Origin: Elusimicrobiota bacterium
Lineage (GTDB): Bacteria > Elusimicrobiota > Elusimicrobia > F11
Reading direction: 5' to 3'
NCBI GenBank assembly: GCA_046153645.1
Contig: JBJXGI010000066.1
Span: 1-37,917 of the forward strand
DNA: 37,917 bases
Below, piece after piece: positions 26,611-35,493 of this stretch. The position numbers and the translations under genes were made by a program. The notes under the pieces were generated by a model. The model was given only the letters and a program-made list of their open reading frames with translations. It had not been told where the DNA came from and did not search any database. Positions within the stretch are counted from its first letter, which is position 1. Every line of letters begins with the position of its first letter.

Positions 26611-27875
26611 GAATATCCGCTCAATTTCGCCTTACGGCTTTCTACACCTCAATTTTTAGCGCGATTTTAATCCTCTCTTCCACATTTGTTTACTTTCGTG
26701 TCTCGCACAGTCTCCGAAAGGAATTCCGAAAAGAAATGGTGCACGATGGCCGCATCATGGCCGAGCTTTTCAAAGAAGAACTTAAATTATCCGCCTTAGA
26801 CGAATTCAAAGAGGAACTCACCGAATTAGAATTTGACCTACAGATTTTGGATTTGGAACGAAACTCCGTTGTGCAATCGGGAAGCTGGAATGAACTCGGA
26901 GTTTCGATTGAAGAGGCAACCTTTCAAACGCTGAAAGAAAAGGCCGTGTTTAAGGAGCTCTCTTTAAACAATAAACCTTATGCGCTTTTTAGCCGTCCGA
27001 TTCATACCCCCTACATGGGCGACTATTCGTTACATATAGTTCGAAGCCAAGAACCGCTTATGAATATTCTCAAAACATTACTGTGGTGGATGGTTGCCAT
27101 TAAATTTTTCATGGTCTTATTGGCGGGAATCATTGGGTATTTCTTTGCTGCTCGAACACTCCGGGCCGATGAACGAGCGCACCAACGTCTCAAAAACTTT
27201 ACAGCAGACGCCGCTCACGAACTTCGCATTCCATTAACATCTCTACGAGGAAATTTAGAAGTGGCTTTGCGTAAGGACCGGCCAGTAGAGGAATATAAAG
27301 AAACAATCGAAGGCGCTCTTGAAGAAGCGGAGCATTTAAGTCAGCTCACTCAGGATCTTTTGCTCTTGGCGCAAACCGATGCGAATCAATTAAAACTGAA
27401 TATCCAGGATGTAGATCTTAAGGGATTTCTGGAAGACGTTTTTTCACAAGCCGAAGCATTACCCGATGACAAAAAGATCAAGAAAGTTTTGTTGCCCTTG
27501 CCTGAAACCAAGGTTCAATTCGACCCCGACAGAATGAAACAGCTTTTACTCAATCTCATAGAAAATGCCATTAAATATGGGGTTCCTAACGGAGAGATGA
27601 GTCTCGGGGCCGAATTGGCAAGTGGCAAACTGAATCTCATCGTCCGAGATAATGGAATCGGAATCCCCAAGGGAGAACAGGAGAAAATCTTTGACCGGTT
27701 TTACCGAGTAGATAAAGCCCGGTCGCGTCAGCAAGGCGGCTCAGGACTAGGACTGTCCATCGTTCAATGGATTGCAAATGCGCATGGAGGTAGAGTTCGT
27801 GTGGTGAGCCAAGAAGGAAAAGGCTCAATGTTCACAGTGGAGCTGAACTTAATAAGTCCTAAATTCCAACCGTAA
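26607..27875 (+). CDS. Sensor histidine kinase (2 TM, HisKA, HATPase; no HAMP)
   Basis: AHELRIPL, NLIENAIKY, DNGIGI, FDRFYR, GSGLGLSI. Confidence 0.93.
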   Translation: MRISAQFRLTAFYTSIFSAILILSSTFVYFRVSHSLRKEFRKEMVHDGRIMAELFKEELKLSALDEFKEELTELEFDLQILDLERNSVVQSGSWNELGVSIEEATFQTLKEKAVFKELSLNNKPYALFSRPIHTPYMGDYSLHIVRSQEPLMNILKTLLWWMVAIKFFMVLLAGIIGYFFAARTLRADERAHQRLKNFTADAAHELRIPLTSLRGNLEVALRKDRPVEEYKETIEGALEEAEHLSQLTQDLLLLAQTDANQLKLNIQDVDLKGFLEDVFSQAEALPDDKKIKKVLLPLPETKVQFDPDRMKQLLLNLIENAIKYGVPNGEMSLGAELASGKLNLIVRDNGIGIPKGEQEKIFDRFYRVDKARSRQQGGSGLGLSIVQWIANAHGGRVRVVSQEGKGSMFTVELNLISPKFQP

Positions 27876-30800
27876 TCATAATTTTTCCAACATAATTTTT
27901 CTAGCCTGTTGAAAATCAACCTTACCTGAACCCAAGGTTGGGATGGCATCGACGGAAATAAACTTTTCCCGTGATGGAATCCAAAGTTTGGGCAAGTCAG
28001 TCGAATTAAGGTCTTTCCATAGTTGATCAAGGTCGCCAGAAAATCCGCTCACCAATACAGCAAGGGCCTCTCCCTTTTTCTCATCAGGGACACTCGTCAC
28101 AACAAATAAACGATCCACTGACTGAGCGATCTCGTGAAGTTTTTGTTCAACCATAATATGCGGAACCATCTCGCCGCCAATTTTTGAGAAACGAGAAAGA
28201 CGATCCGTAATTTGGATAAAGCCGTCCTCGTCGATGGTTGCGATGTCTCCTGTCACATACCAACCATCTTTAATTACTTCAGAGGTCTTGTCCGGTTCTC
28301 CCAAATAACCCTTCATGACATTTGGCCCTTTCACCAAAAGGAGCCCAGGTTCATTCGCTTTTAATGGAACATGGGTATCGGGATCAACTATCTTCACGCT
28401 AATCCCCGTAATCGGACGGCCAATTTTTCCTACCTTGCGTCCGACTTGGAAAACTTCTCCGTCCATAATGTCGGGTAAATTCAAAGCGACAACGGGAGAA
28501 AGCTCTGTGCAACCATAACCTTCTAGTAAGGGCACCCCATACTTATCCTCAAATGCTTTTGCCAGTTCAGGACGTAGTTTTTCTGCGCCAGCAACGGCAA
28601 ACCGGAGTGAAACAAAGTCTTCTTTCGGTATTCGACGAATGTAGGCGGAGATAAATGTCGGGGTTCCCATCAGAAATGTCACACCTTGGGTTCGACAAAG
28701 ATCGCCGATGGTTTTGGAATCGAGAGGATTATTGTGATAGGCAACCTTAAAACCAGCAAGAAGCGGAAACCACACAGAACCTGTGAACCCGAATGAATGG
28801 AAGAATGGAAGAACACCAAGAAGAACGTCACTCGGTTGCATATGCAAAACCATCGTCAACGATTGGATGTTGGACAATACATTGCCCTGGCTAAGCATGA
28901 CACCTTTGGGAATGCCTGTACTCCCTGATGTAAACATAATGGTGGCAAGTTCATCTAAATTCTTTGAGGCCCGAGAGAAGAACACCTTTTTCAATATGAA
29001 AGCAGGAAGCAAGCGAAGCATAAGCTCTGTTGTCAATTTTTCAGAGGAAGATATTTTGGAAAGAATGGATTCAAGATAGACATGCTGCGGCTTTTTCTCC
29101 CACCCAAGTTTCTCCAGCATTTTTGCCGAGGTAATCACAGTAGAGATAGAGGCTTTTTGACAAATTAAATCTAAAGCTTCGCGTGATAACGTGTAATTAA
29201 GATTTATTGGAACAAGGCCCTGCGAACTCAACGCCACGTTCGCAATGGACGCCCCCACACAAGGAGGCAGAAGAATACCGACGTTTTTAGTCCCTGACTG
29301 ATTCAATCCAATCTTTTCAGAGAAATTCTTTCCAACGACCGTGCCAGCCGTTAATAAATCGTGATAACTCAGTTCCTTTCCCGTAGAATCAACAACCACT
29401 TTCTGAGCAGGGAATGATTTGGCTTGGCCAAGGAATGTTTCAAAAAGAGTTGAGTCTTTACGGCGGTGAACTTCAAATGCTTCCGCCCCCAAGTCCATCA
29501 CCGCCTGACGAATTTCTTGTGAGCCAACTTTTCGGAGTGGTTTGCCGAAAGTAACAGTGACCGGATAAGGAATCCGTCTCGGCCATTTCCAAATAAATTT
29601 CTTATTTTGAAAACTGAAGATGCTTCCCCAGACACCCTCTAAATGGACTGGAACAATCGGAATATCCAAGTCTTTGAGAATGACTTCCAACCCTCGCTTA
29701 AATCCGAGAACCGTTCCTCCCAATCTTGAAATTTCTCCTTCGGCGAATATACAGACCAGGTGACCTGCCTCAAGTTGTTTTCTCGCCGCTATTAACGATC
29801 TCATGATTTCTTTTGGTGAATCGTTGTTTGAAATTGGAATTGCGTTCATCAACTTCACAAAGGGATGAATAAATGGCTTCTCATAAAAGTCTCGGAACAT
29901 CACGAAACGAATTTGCCGAGAGATACCTCCGGCGAGGAGAAAAGGATCAATCATAGACACATGATTGGGAACAAGTAAAGCGGGGCCAGTTAAGGGAACG
30001 TTTTCTCCTCCAATAACACGAATGCGATAAACGGTGTTTGTTAGGAAATAAAGAACCAGTCGAATCATGGCTTGTGGAATCGTGGTGCAAATAACAATGG
30101 TGGCAATGAGAGAGAGAAGACCGAGAACCAAGAAAATTTGAGCTGGGTTTGCTTTGAGAACCGTTCCTAGTAACCAAAGAAATCCACTGGCAAAGAGAAT
30201 GGCAATAAACGAAAGAAAATTAGCTGTGGCAAGAATGCGCCCTCGATCTTCTTTTGGACTCCGCGATTGAATTAAAGTGTTCAGTGGGATAACAAACAGT
30301 CCTGAAGAAAGACCCATGAAAAATCCATCCGCCAATGTTCTCAATAATGATCCATGTGAAAAAGCCAGATCGAGTGTAAATAAGCTCATCCCAATGGCCC
30401 CCAATGGGACAAGACCCAACTCCACTTTCTCCTGCGACAACTTTCCGGCAAGAATACTGCCGATTGCTATTCCAATGACGACCAACGTCAAGAGAATCCC
30501 AGACACCTTTGATGACGCATGAAGCATGTCATTGACATAAACCAATGTGTTTAATTGCAAAACAGCACCAACGAACCAGAAATACGAAACGGCCATCAAA
30601 CTTTGACGGAGGGGCCCGTTGCCTTTTATAAGTGTCCAGTTTCTAAAGAAATCAGGGAAAGGATTCCACTCCAAGGATTGATTGGGATTAACAGCAGGAA
30701 GCCGTTCCATGAGAAGACTTGAAATCACGCCTCCCACTGTCACAACAACCATCACCACTGCGATGGTTGATGGGTTTCCAATAAGGAATGTTCCAGTCAC

Positions 30801-31271
30801 TGTTCCAACCAGAATGGCAATGAATGTGGAAACATTTAGTAGCCCATTGGCCGAGGACAAGCTGGCTTCTTCGACCATTTCAGGCAAAACGCCATACTTT
30901 GATGGACCGAAAAACGCACTTTGAAGAGCCAAAAGAAAGAGGCCACCCAGCATAACTGGAACATTTTGAAGAAACATTCCAGTAATCGCCACGATAATAA
31001 CAACCACTTCAAACATTTTTGTGGCGATCATGATCTTCGGTTTACTCCACTTATCTGCCATGCGCCCTGCTAATAATGAAAATAACAAGAAGGGAACCAC
31101 AAACACGACACCTGAAGCCGTGACCCAATTGTTTCTGGTTACAGGGTCATCAATCCATTTGACAACCAGGAGAGCCACCGCCACTTTAAAAATGTTGTCG
31201 TTGAATGTGCCAAAGAATTGTGTGGCAATCAACGCCCAAAATGACTTCTTATGCTGTTGGTTGATTTTCAT
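27876..31271 (-). CDS. aas: LplT-MFS / acyltransferase / acyl-ACP synthetase fusion
   Basis: TQFFGTFNDN MFS domain, NHVSMID and FAEGEISR acyltransferase, FTSGSTGIPKG and EGYGCTE AMP-binding domain. Confidence 0.92.
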   Translation of the reverse strand: MKINQQHKKSFWALIATQFFGTFNDNIFKVAVALLVVKWIDDPVTRNNWVTASGVVFVVPFLLFSLLAGRMADKWSKPKIMIATKMFEVVVIIVAITGMFLQNVPVMLGGLFLLALQSAFFGPSKYGVLPEMVEEASLSSANGLLNVSTFIAILVGTVTGTFLIGNPSTIAVVMVVVTVGGVISSLLMERLPAVNPNQSLEWNPFPDFFRNWTLIKGNGPLRQSLMAVSYFWFVGAVLQLNTLVYVNDMLHASSKVSGILLTLVVIGIAIGSILAGKLSQEKVELGLVPLGAIGMSLFTLDLAFSHGSLLRTLADGFFMGLSSGLFVIPLNTLIQSRSPKEDRGRILATANFLSFIAILFASGFLWLLGTVLKANPAQIFLVLGLLSLIATIVICTTIPQAMIRLVLYFLTNTVYRIRVIGGENVPLTGPALLVPNHVSMIDPFLLAGGISRQIRFVMFRDFYEKPFIHPFVKLMNAIPISNNDSPKEIMRSLIAARKQLEAGHLVCIFAEGEISRLGGTVLGFKRGLEVILKDLDIPIVPVHLEGVWGSIFSFQNKKFIWKWPRRIPYPVTVTFGKPLRKVGSQEIRQAVMDLGAEAFEVHRRKDSTLFETFLGQAKSFPAQKVVVDSTGKELSYHDLLTAGTVVGKNFSEKIGLNQSGTKNVGILLPPCVGASIANVALSSQGLVPINLNYTLSREALDLICQKASISTVITSAKMLEKLGWEKKPQHVYLESILSKISSSEKLTTELMLRLLPAFILKKVFFSRASKNLDELATIMFTSGSTGIPKGVMLSQGNVLSNIQSLTMVLHMQPSDVLLGVLPFFHSFGFTGSVWFPLLAGFKVAYHNNPLDSKTIGDLCRTQGVTFLMGTPTFISAYIRRIPKEDFVSLRFAVAGAEKLRPELAKAFEDKYGVPLLEGYGCTELSPVVALNLPDIMDGEVFQVGRKVGKIGRPITGISVKIVDPDTHVPLKANEPGLLLVKGPNVMKGYLGEPDKTSEVIKDGWYVTGDIATIDEDGFIQITDRLSRFSKIGGEMVPHIMVEQKLHEIAQSVDRLFVVTSVPDEKKGEALAVLVSGFSGDLDQLWKDLNSTDLPKLWIPSREKFISVDAIPTLGSGKVDFQQARKIMLEKL

Positions 31272-31358
31272 TTCGTCTTCGGATGAGTTGTTTCAACTTG
31301 ATTTGTTCATTTCTCAGGAGATTAGAAAGCTTACTCTCTCATTGATGCATCATCAATT

Positions 31359-31652
31359 TTAGTGAATTACCCATTGAACATCCGATACGAGGCAAATGCC
31401 TCCCACCCTTTTTAAAAGCGGCCGAACCAATTCAATAAAAGCATTGCTTTCTGATTCCGAACATACAATGATGAGATAGGTATTTGTAAAAACACCTGTC
31501 AATCCATCATCGTTTTTCATACCACGATCACCTCGTCCCGATACCCCTTTAAACAGCGTGTAACCCGATATTTTTAGTTTTTCGAGAGTATCTATAATCT
31601 TGGTCATTTCAACTGAATCTGCAATTACTTCAACTTTCTTTAATTGTTTCAT
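31359..31652 (-). CDS. sbtB: PII-like SbtB protein
   Basis: KKVEVI...SGYT...VSGRG.RG...N...GGICLVSD; ATGA overlap with sbtA. Confidence 0.8.
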   Translation of the reverse strand: MKQLKKVEVIADSVEMTKIIDTLEKLKISGYTLFKGVSGRGDRGMKNDDGLTGVFTNTYLIIVCSESESNAFIELVRPLLKRVGGICLVSDVQWVIH

Positions 31653-32629
31653 AATGGTCCCCAAAATTTCTGAACAACATTAAAATAAACCGGCAGTCCG
31701 ACAACAATATTGAATGGGAATGTAACTCCCAGTGACATCGAGACGTAAAAACTTGGGTTGGCCTCAGGAATAGCCAACCGCATCGCGGCTGGAACGGCAA
31801 TATAAGAAGCGCTCGCGCATAAAACGGAGAACAGGAAAGCGTTGCCCAAGGACAAACCAAGGAACTTGGCTATGAACAAAGATAAAAATGCATTCAGCAA
31901 TGGAATAAATATCGCGAAAGCAACCAGAAACCAACCAGATCTTTTCAAGTCTTTGATTCGACCGGCAGCCAAAATACCCATATCCAGCAAGAATAAAGCC
32001 AGCATTCCTTTGAAGATTCCATCTGTGAAAGGATAAAGAGCCTTATGCCCTTGCTCACCCGTAAGAAGACCGACGATAAGGCTTCCGAACAATAATACGA
32101 CAGGGCCATTGCATAGCGCTTCATGTGCCATCTGCCGATACGTTATTTTCTCTTCGGAGTTTTCTTTTGATTGAAAAACTCTATTAAGCAATATGCCCAC
32201 CACGATGGCTGGTGATTCCATAAGCGCCATCGCTGCTACCATATGTCCGCCATAACCGATTTGGAGATTATCCAGGAAAGAAGTTGCCGTAATAAATGTA
32301 ACAGCGCTGACAGATCCAAAAGTGGCAGCAATCGCGGCAGCATTCTTGACGTCCATTTTTATTCTGAGGATAAAAAAAGAATAAATAGGCACTATAAACG
32401 CCATGAGCCCAGCGGCCAAGAGCGTCATGACAACTTCCACGTTGAGTCCGTTTTTACTGAGCTCCACTCCGCCTTTAAAACCGATGGCTGTTAATAAATA
32501 AATCGAAAAGAACTTAGGGAATGGTTGAGGAATTTCAAGATCGGACTTGATCAATACCGCTACAAATCCAACGAAGAAAAAAAGAACAACAGGATTTAAC
32601 AAGTTTCCAAAGAGAATTTCGAGGTTCAT
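31649..32629 (-). CDS. sbtA: Sodium-dependent bicarbonate transporter SbtA family
   Basis: KSDLEIP, IGFKGG, FGSVSAVTF, MESPAI, ASASYIAVPAAMR, TFPFN. Confidence 0.92.
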   Translation of the reverse strand: MNLEILFGNLLNPVVLFFFVGFVAVLIKSDLEIPQPFPKFFSIYLLTAIGFKGGVELSKNGLNVEVVMTLLAAGLMAFIVPIYSFFILRIKMDVKNAAAIAATFGSVSAVTFITATSFLDNLQIGYGGHMVAAMALMESPAIVVGILLNRVFQSKENSEEKITYRQMAHEALCNGPVVLLFGSLIVGLLTGEQGHKALYPFTDGIFKGMLALFLLDMGILAAGRIKDLKRSGWFLVAFAIFIPLLNAFLSLFIAKFLGLSLGNAFLFSVLCASASYIAVPAAMRLAIPEANPSFYVSMSLGVTFPFNIVVGLPVYFNVVQKFWGPL

Positions 32630-32889
32630 ATAATCAGATAGAGAAATTAAAAAGAGGTTCTACTTGTATCATAACATCTAAATTTATTTTTTTCATTTAT
32701 AAATATTAGCACACTGAAAACATCAGATTGAAATTTTAAAGGATTATTAAACATGCTTTCCCGTCACCATCTTTTCAAAAGCAGACAGAACTGACTCTTT
32801 ATGAGTGATCCAGGCTGCTCCATTCCGCGGCATGATTGTAGTTTAATTTCAGAGGTTTTCGACGGGAAAATTTTCAGATCAAAATGACG

Positions 32890-32906
32890 CTGATCGGATT
32901 ACTAAT
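32890..32906 (+). repeat. Direct repeat copy 2 (ctgatcggattact)
   Basis: Matches 13301-13317. Confidence 0.55.
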
Positions 32907-32958
32907 CGGGTGTATAACTAAAAGCCGCAAAATGCTGGCCCCTCTCAGATGTTTATCT

Positions 32959-34911
32959 TCATAACCCGTTGACCGCGTTGACTCTGTACTTTTTGTTTGT
33001 GTAAAGCTCATCTGCCACTTGAAAAAGTGCGACAGTGTCTTTCTCGAGCTCATTGTCTTCGGCGATGGGTGCAACGAGCTGAAGGTCATTGCTATTCATT
33101 CGGTAATACTCAGCGGTCTTGTTAAGGCCGAGCACGGCCATTTTTCCGTCGTGGTAGAGTCCTACATCACGGTTGTGCTGCATCACCGCCCAAGTGTCCT
33201 TTTGTGGGATGGAAAATAGATCACGTCCGAAGAAAACGCTTTTATAGGGAACCCCAAACAAACCCAAAACAGTTGGACCCACGTCCAGCGATCCACCCAA
33301 CGTGTCCACCCGCTTGGGATTCTTCACAATAGGCCCCAAGATGACCATTGGAATCTTGTAGGAATTGATCGGAATGCTTTGGCTACCATAAACGCGAGCG
33401 CCGTGATCCGCCACCACAACAAATATTGTGTCCTCGTAAAACTTTTCTTTTTTGGCGAGACGAAAAAAGTATCCCAATGCCCAATCTGTGTATTTGACGG
33501 CATGTGAGCGGCTGTGTTGATCGGGGTTTTCTGGAATACGACCTTTGGGATAAGTGTAAGGTTTATGATTTGACACAGATAAAACAGTGGCAAAGAAAGG
33601 CTCTTTGCGTTCGTGCATAACCCTAAATTCTTCTACAGATCGACGGTAAAGATCTTCATCAGCCACACCCCAAATCGTGGTGAACGTTGGTTTTGCGAAA
33701 TCTTTTTGTTCGATGAATCGGTCAAAACCATTTCTGATCGCAAAGGAACGCATGCCATCAAACAACCCGCGACCTCCATAAAGATAAACTGTGCTGTACT
33801 TTTGGTCTTTTAATGTTCTGGCAATGGTCGAAACATTATCGGAAAGATGCCGCTTGACGATGGAATCTCCTGGAAGGGGTGGAAATGAGGAAAGAACGCC
33901 CTCAATACCTCGAACAGTTCGGTTCCCAGACGCATAAAGATTGCTGAAGAGTAGCCCCTCTTTCGCTAGTTCATCCATTTCAGGGGTCAGTGAATCCGGT
34001 CGGCCCAGAGCCCCCCAAAATTCTGATCCAAAACTCTCAATTAACAGGACAACGACGTTCCACTTCTTTTCTGAGAGCTTGCCTGGGATCAACCGTTCAA
34101 TGGAATCTTTGTCCTTAACAAAAACCGCGCCAGGCTGAGAAACAAGTCGTCTGACTCTTTCAAACGCTTCACTTCGATCAAGTGTTCGATAAAACGAGGG
34201 ATAATCAAGGTGCCGTGTGAGCGCTGAATACACAAATGCGTATTCGCCATTATTGCTCAGTTCGTTTAACACTCGATTGATGCTGAACCGCGTTCTCCCC
34301 ATTGAAACAGTAGGAACAACCGCGAGACCAATAAGCAAATAGATCGCCAGAAATATTCCACGGTAACGGAATGGGATAGGATTCCATAAAGGAAGTCGAA
34401 AGCTGCCCACAAATGTGAAAATAAAAAAGCCTCCCCAAATACACGCTGCAACAATGCGCGTCAGCGGATAGCTTTGCCATAAATTCACAAACACTTCATG
34501 GGGATAAATAAGATAATCCACCGCCACGGTGTTAAACCGCGCATTGAATTCATCAAAAAATTCATACTCAGCTTTAAAAATAAAGATCAGAAATACGGTC
34601 AATAAAAAAAGACAGCCCACAAAAAAAATACGGTGCCATTTTGAAGAGAATATTCGGTTCGGGGTTGCGCTTAACCAAAGAACCAGTGGAAGGAACAACC
34701 AAAATCCGCTGACCAAGTCCATCCGAAGTCCAATTTCGAAGATTCGAGCTATTGTTCCAAACGACAATGCGCCCACTTCTCCAAAACGAAGTAGAAGAAC
34801 TCCTCGCAATATCAGACATCCTGCCAAGTACAGTCCCCCCGCGATGTATAACCACAAAAATCGAGGATGGAAGAAGGAAAAACGATCCAGTGAAGGTGAT
34901 GTTTTCAACAT
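32959..34911 (-). CDS. LTA-synthase/OpgB-like membrane sulfatase-fold phosphotransferase
   Basis: About 5 N-terminal TMs; NVVVLLIES, GNRTVRG (catalytic Thr), WGVAD, SNHKPY, VADHG. Confidence 0.9.
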   Translation of the reverse strand: MLKTSPSLDRFSFFHPRFLWLYIAGGLYLAGCLILRGVLLLRFGEVGALSFGTIARIFEIGLRMDLVSGFWLFLPLVLWLSATPNRIFSSKWHRIFFVGCLFLLTVFLIFIFKAEYEFFDEFNARFNTVAVDYLIYPHEVFVNLWQSYPLTRIVAACIWGGFFIFTFVGSFRLPLWNPIPFRYRGIFLAIYLLIGLAVVPTVSMGRTRFSINRVLNELSNNGEYAFVYSALTRHLDYPSFYRTLDRSEAFERVRRLVSQPGAVFVKDKDSIERLIPGKLSEKKWNVVVLLIESFGSEFWGALGRPDSLTPEMDELAKEGLLFSNLYASGNRTVRGIEGVLSSFPPLPGDSIVKRHLSDNVSTIARTLKDQKYSTVYLYGGRGLFDGMRSFAIRNGFDRFIEQKDFAKPTFTTIWGVADEDLYRRSVEEFRVMHERKEPFFATVLSVSNHKPYTYPKGRIPENPDQHSRSHAVKYTDWALGYFFRLAKKEKFYEDTIFVVVADHGARVYGSQSIPINSYKIPMVILGPIVKNPKRVDTLGGSLDVGPTVLGLFGVPYKSVFFGRDLFSIPQKDTWAVMQHNRDVGLYHDGKMAVLGLNKTAEYYRMNSNDLQLVAPIAEDNELEKDTVALFQVADELYTNKKYRVNAVNGL

Positions 34912-35480
34912 AGAATTAGAACCACTACTCCAACCCAACCTAGAACGGTGTTGTATTCTTTGTTTTTATTGTATTGGGCGAACGAGAATGACTTGAAATT
35001 CACATTTTTAAATTGGGGCAAACGAAATGGAAGAAACGCTGGAACTCTTTCCTTGTAAAAAATCCATTCATCGGAAAATCTTTCTGCCAGAAGTTTTTCT
35101 TCATTGGTAACCGCTGCCGTATAAAATCCCCAGAAATAAAGAGCGTAAGTCACCCAAAATATTCCAGACAACCACAGAGAATCCGTGGTGGTGAAAACGG
35201 CGGCAATTCCCGCACTCATAAGGAGGCTTCCCAGATAAAGTGGGTGCCTCACAAAAGTGTACGGTCCCTCCACGCAAAGAGATTTTGACTTCTTGATGCA
35301 ACCTGCCGCCCATGACCGAATCAATAAGCCGACAAAAGACACAAATAACCCAGCGAAAATTACCCATTGAGAACCGGGGCGCATAAAAATCAACACACCG
35401 CTTCCCAGCAATAATCCGAAGCAAACGCGGTTACGCACTAAATAATTTCGAATTACTAATTTTTTCTCTTCTAAATTCAT
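34905..35480 (-). CDS. ICMT/PEMT-family membrane methyltransferase
   Basis: IRSWAAG, GPYTFVRHPLYLG, EEKLL...F...Y...VP.FLP. Start MNLEEK after GAGGAGG SD. Confidence 0.85.
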   Translation of the reverse strand: MNLEEKKLVIRNYLVRNRVCFGLLLGSGVLIFMRPGSQWVIFAGLFVSFVGLLIRSWAAGCIKKSKSLCVEGPYTFVRHPLYLGSLLMSAGIAAVFTTTDSLWLSGIFWVTYALYFWGFYTAAVTNEEKLLAERFSDEWIFYKERVPAFLPFRLPQFKNVNFKSFSFAQYNKNKEYNTVLGWVGVVVLILC

Positions 35481-35493
35481 ATCTATATCCTCC

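Noticed and set aside
32630..32889. Possible small ORFs, LysR remnant or ncRNA upstream of sbtA
   Set aside because: Only about 28-codon ORFs without SD or motifs, and no convincing structure.
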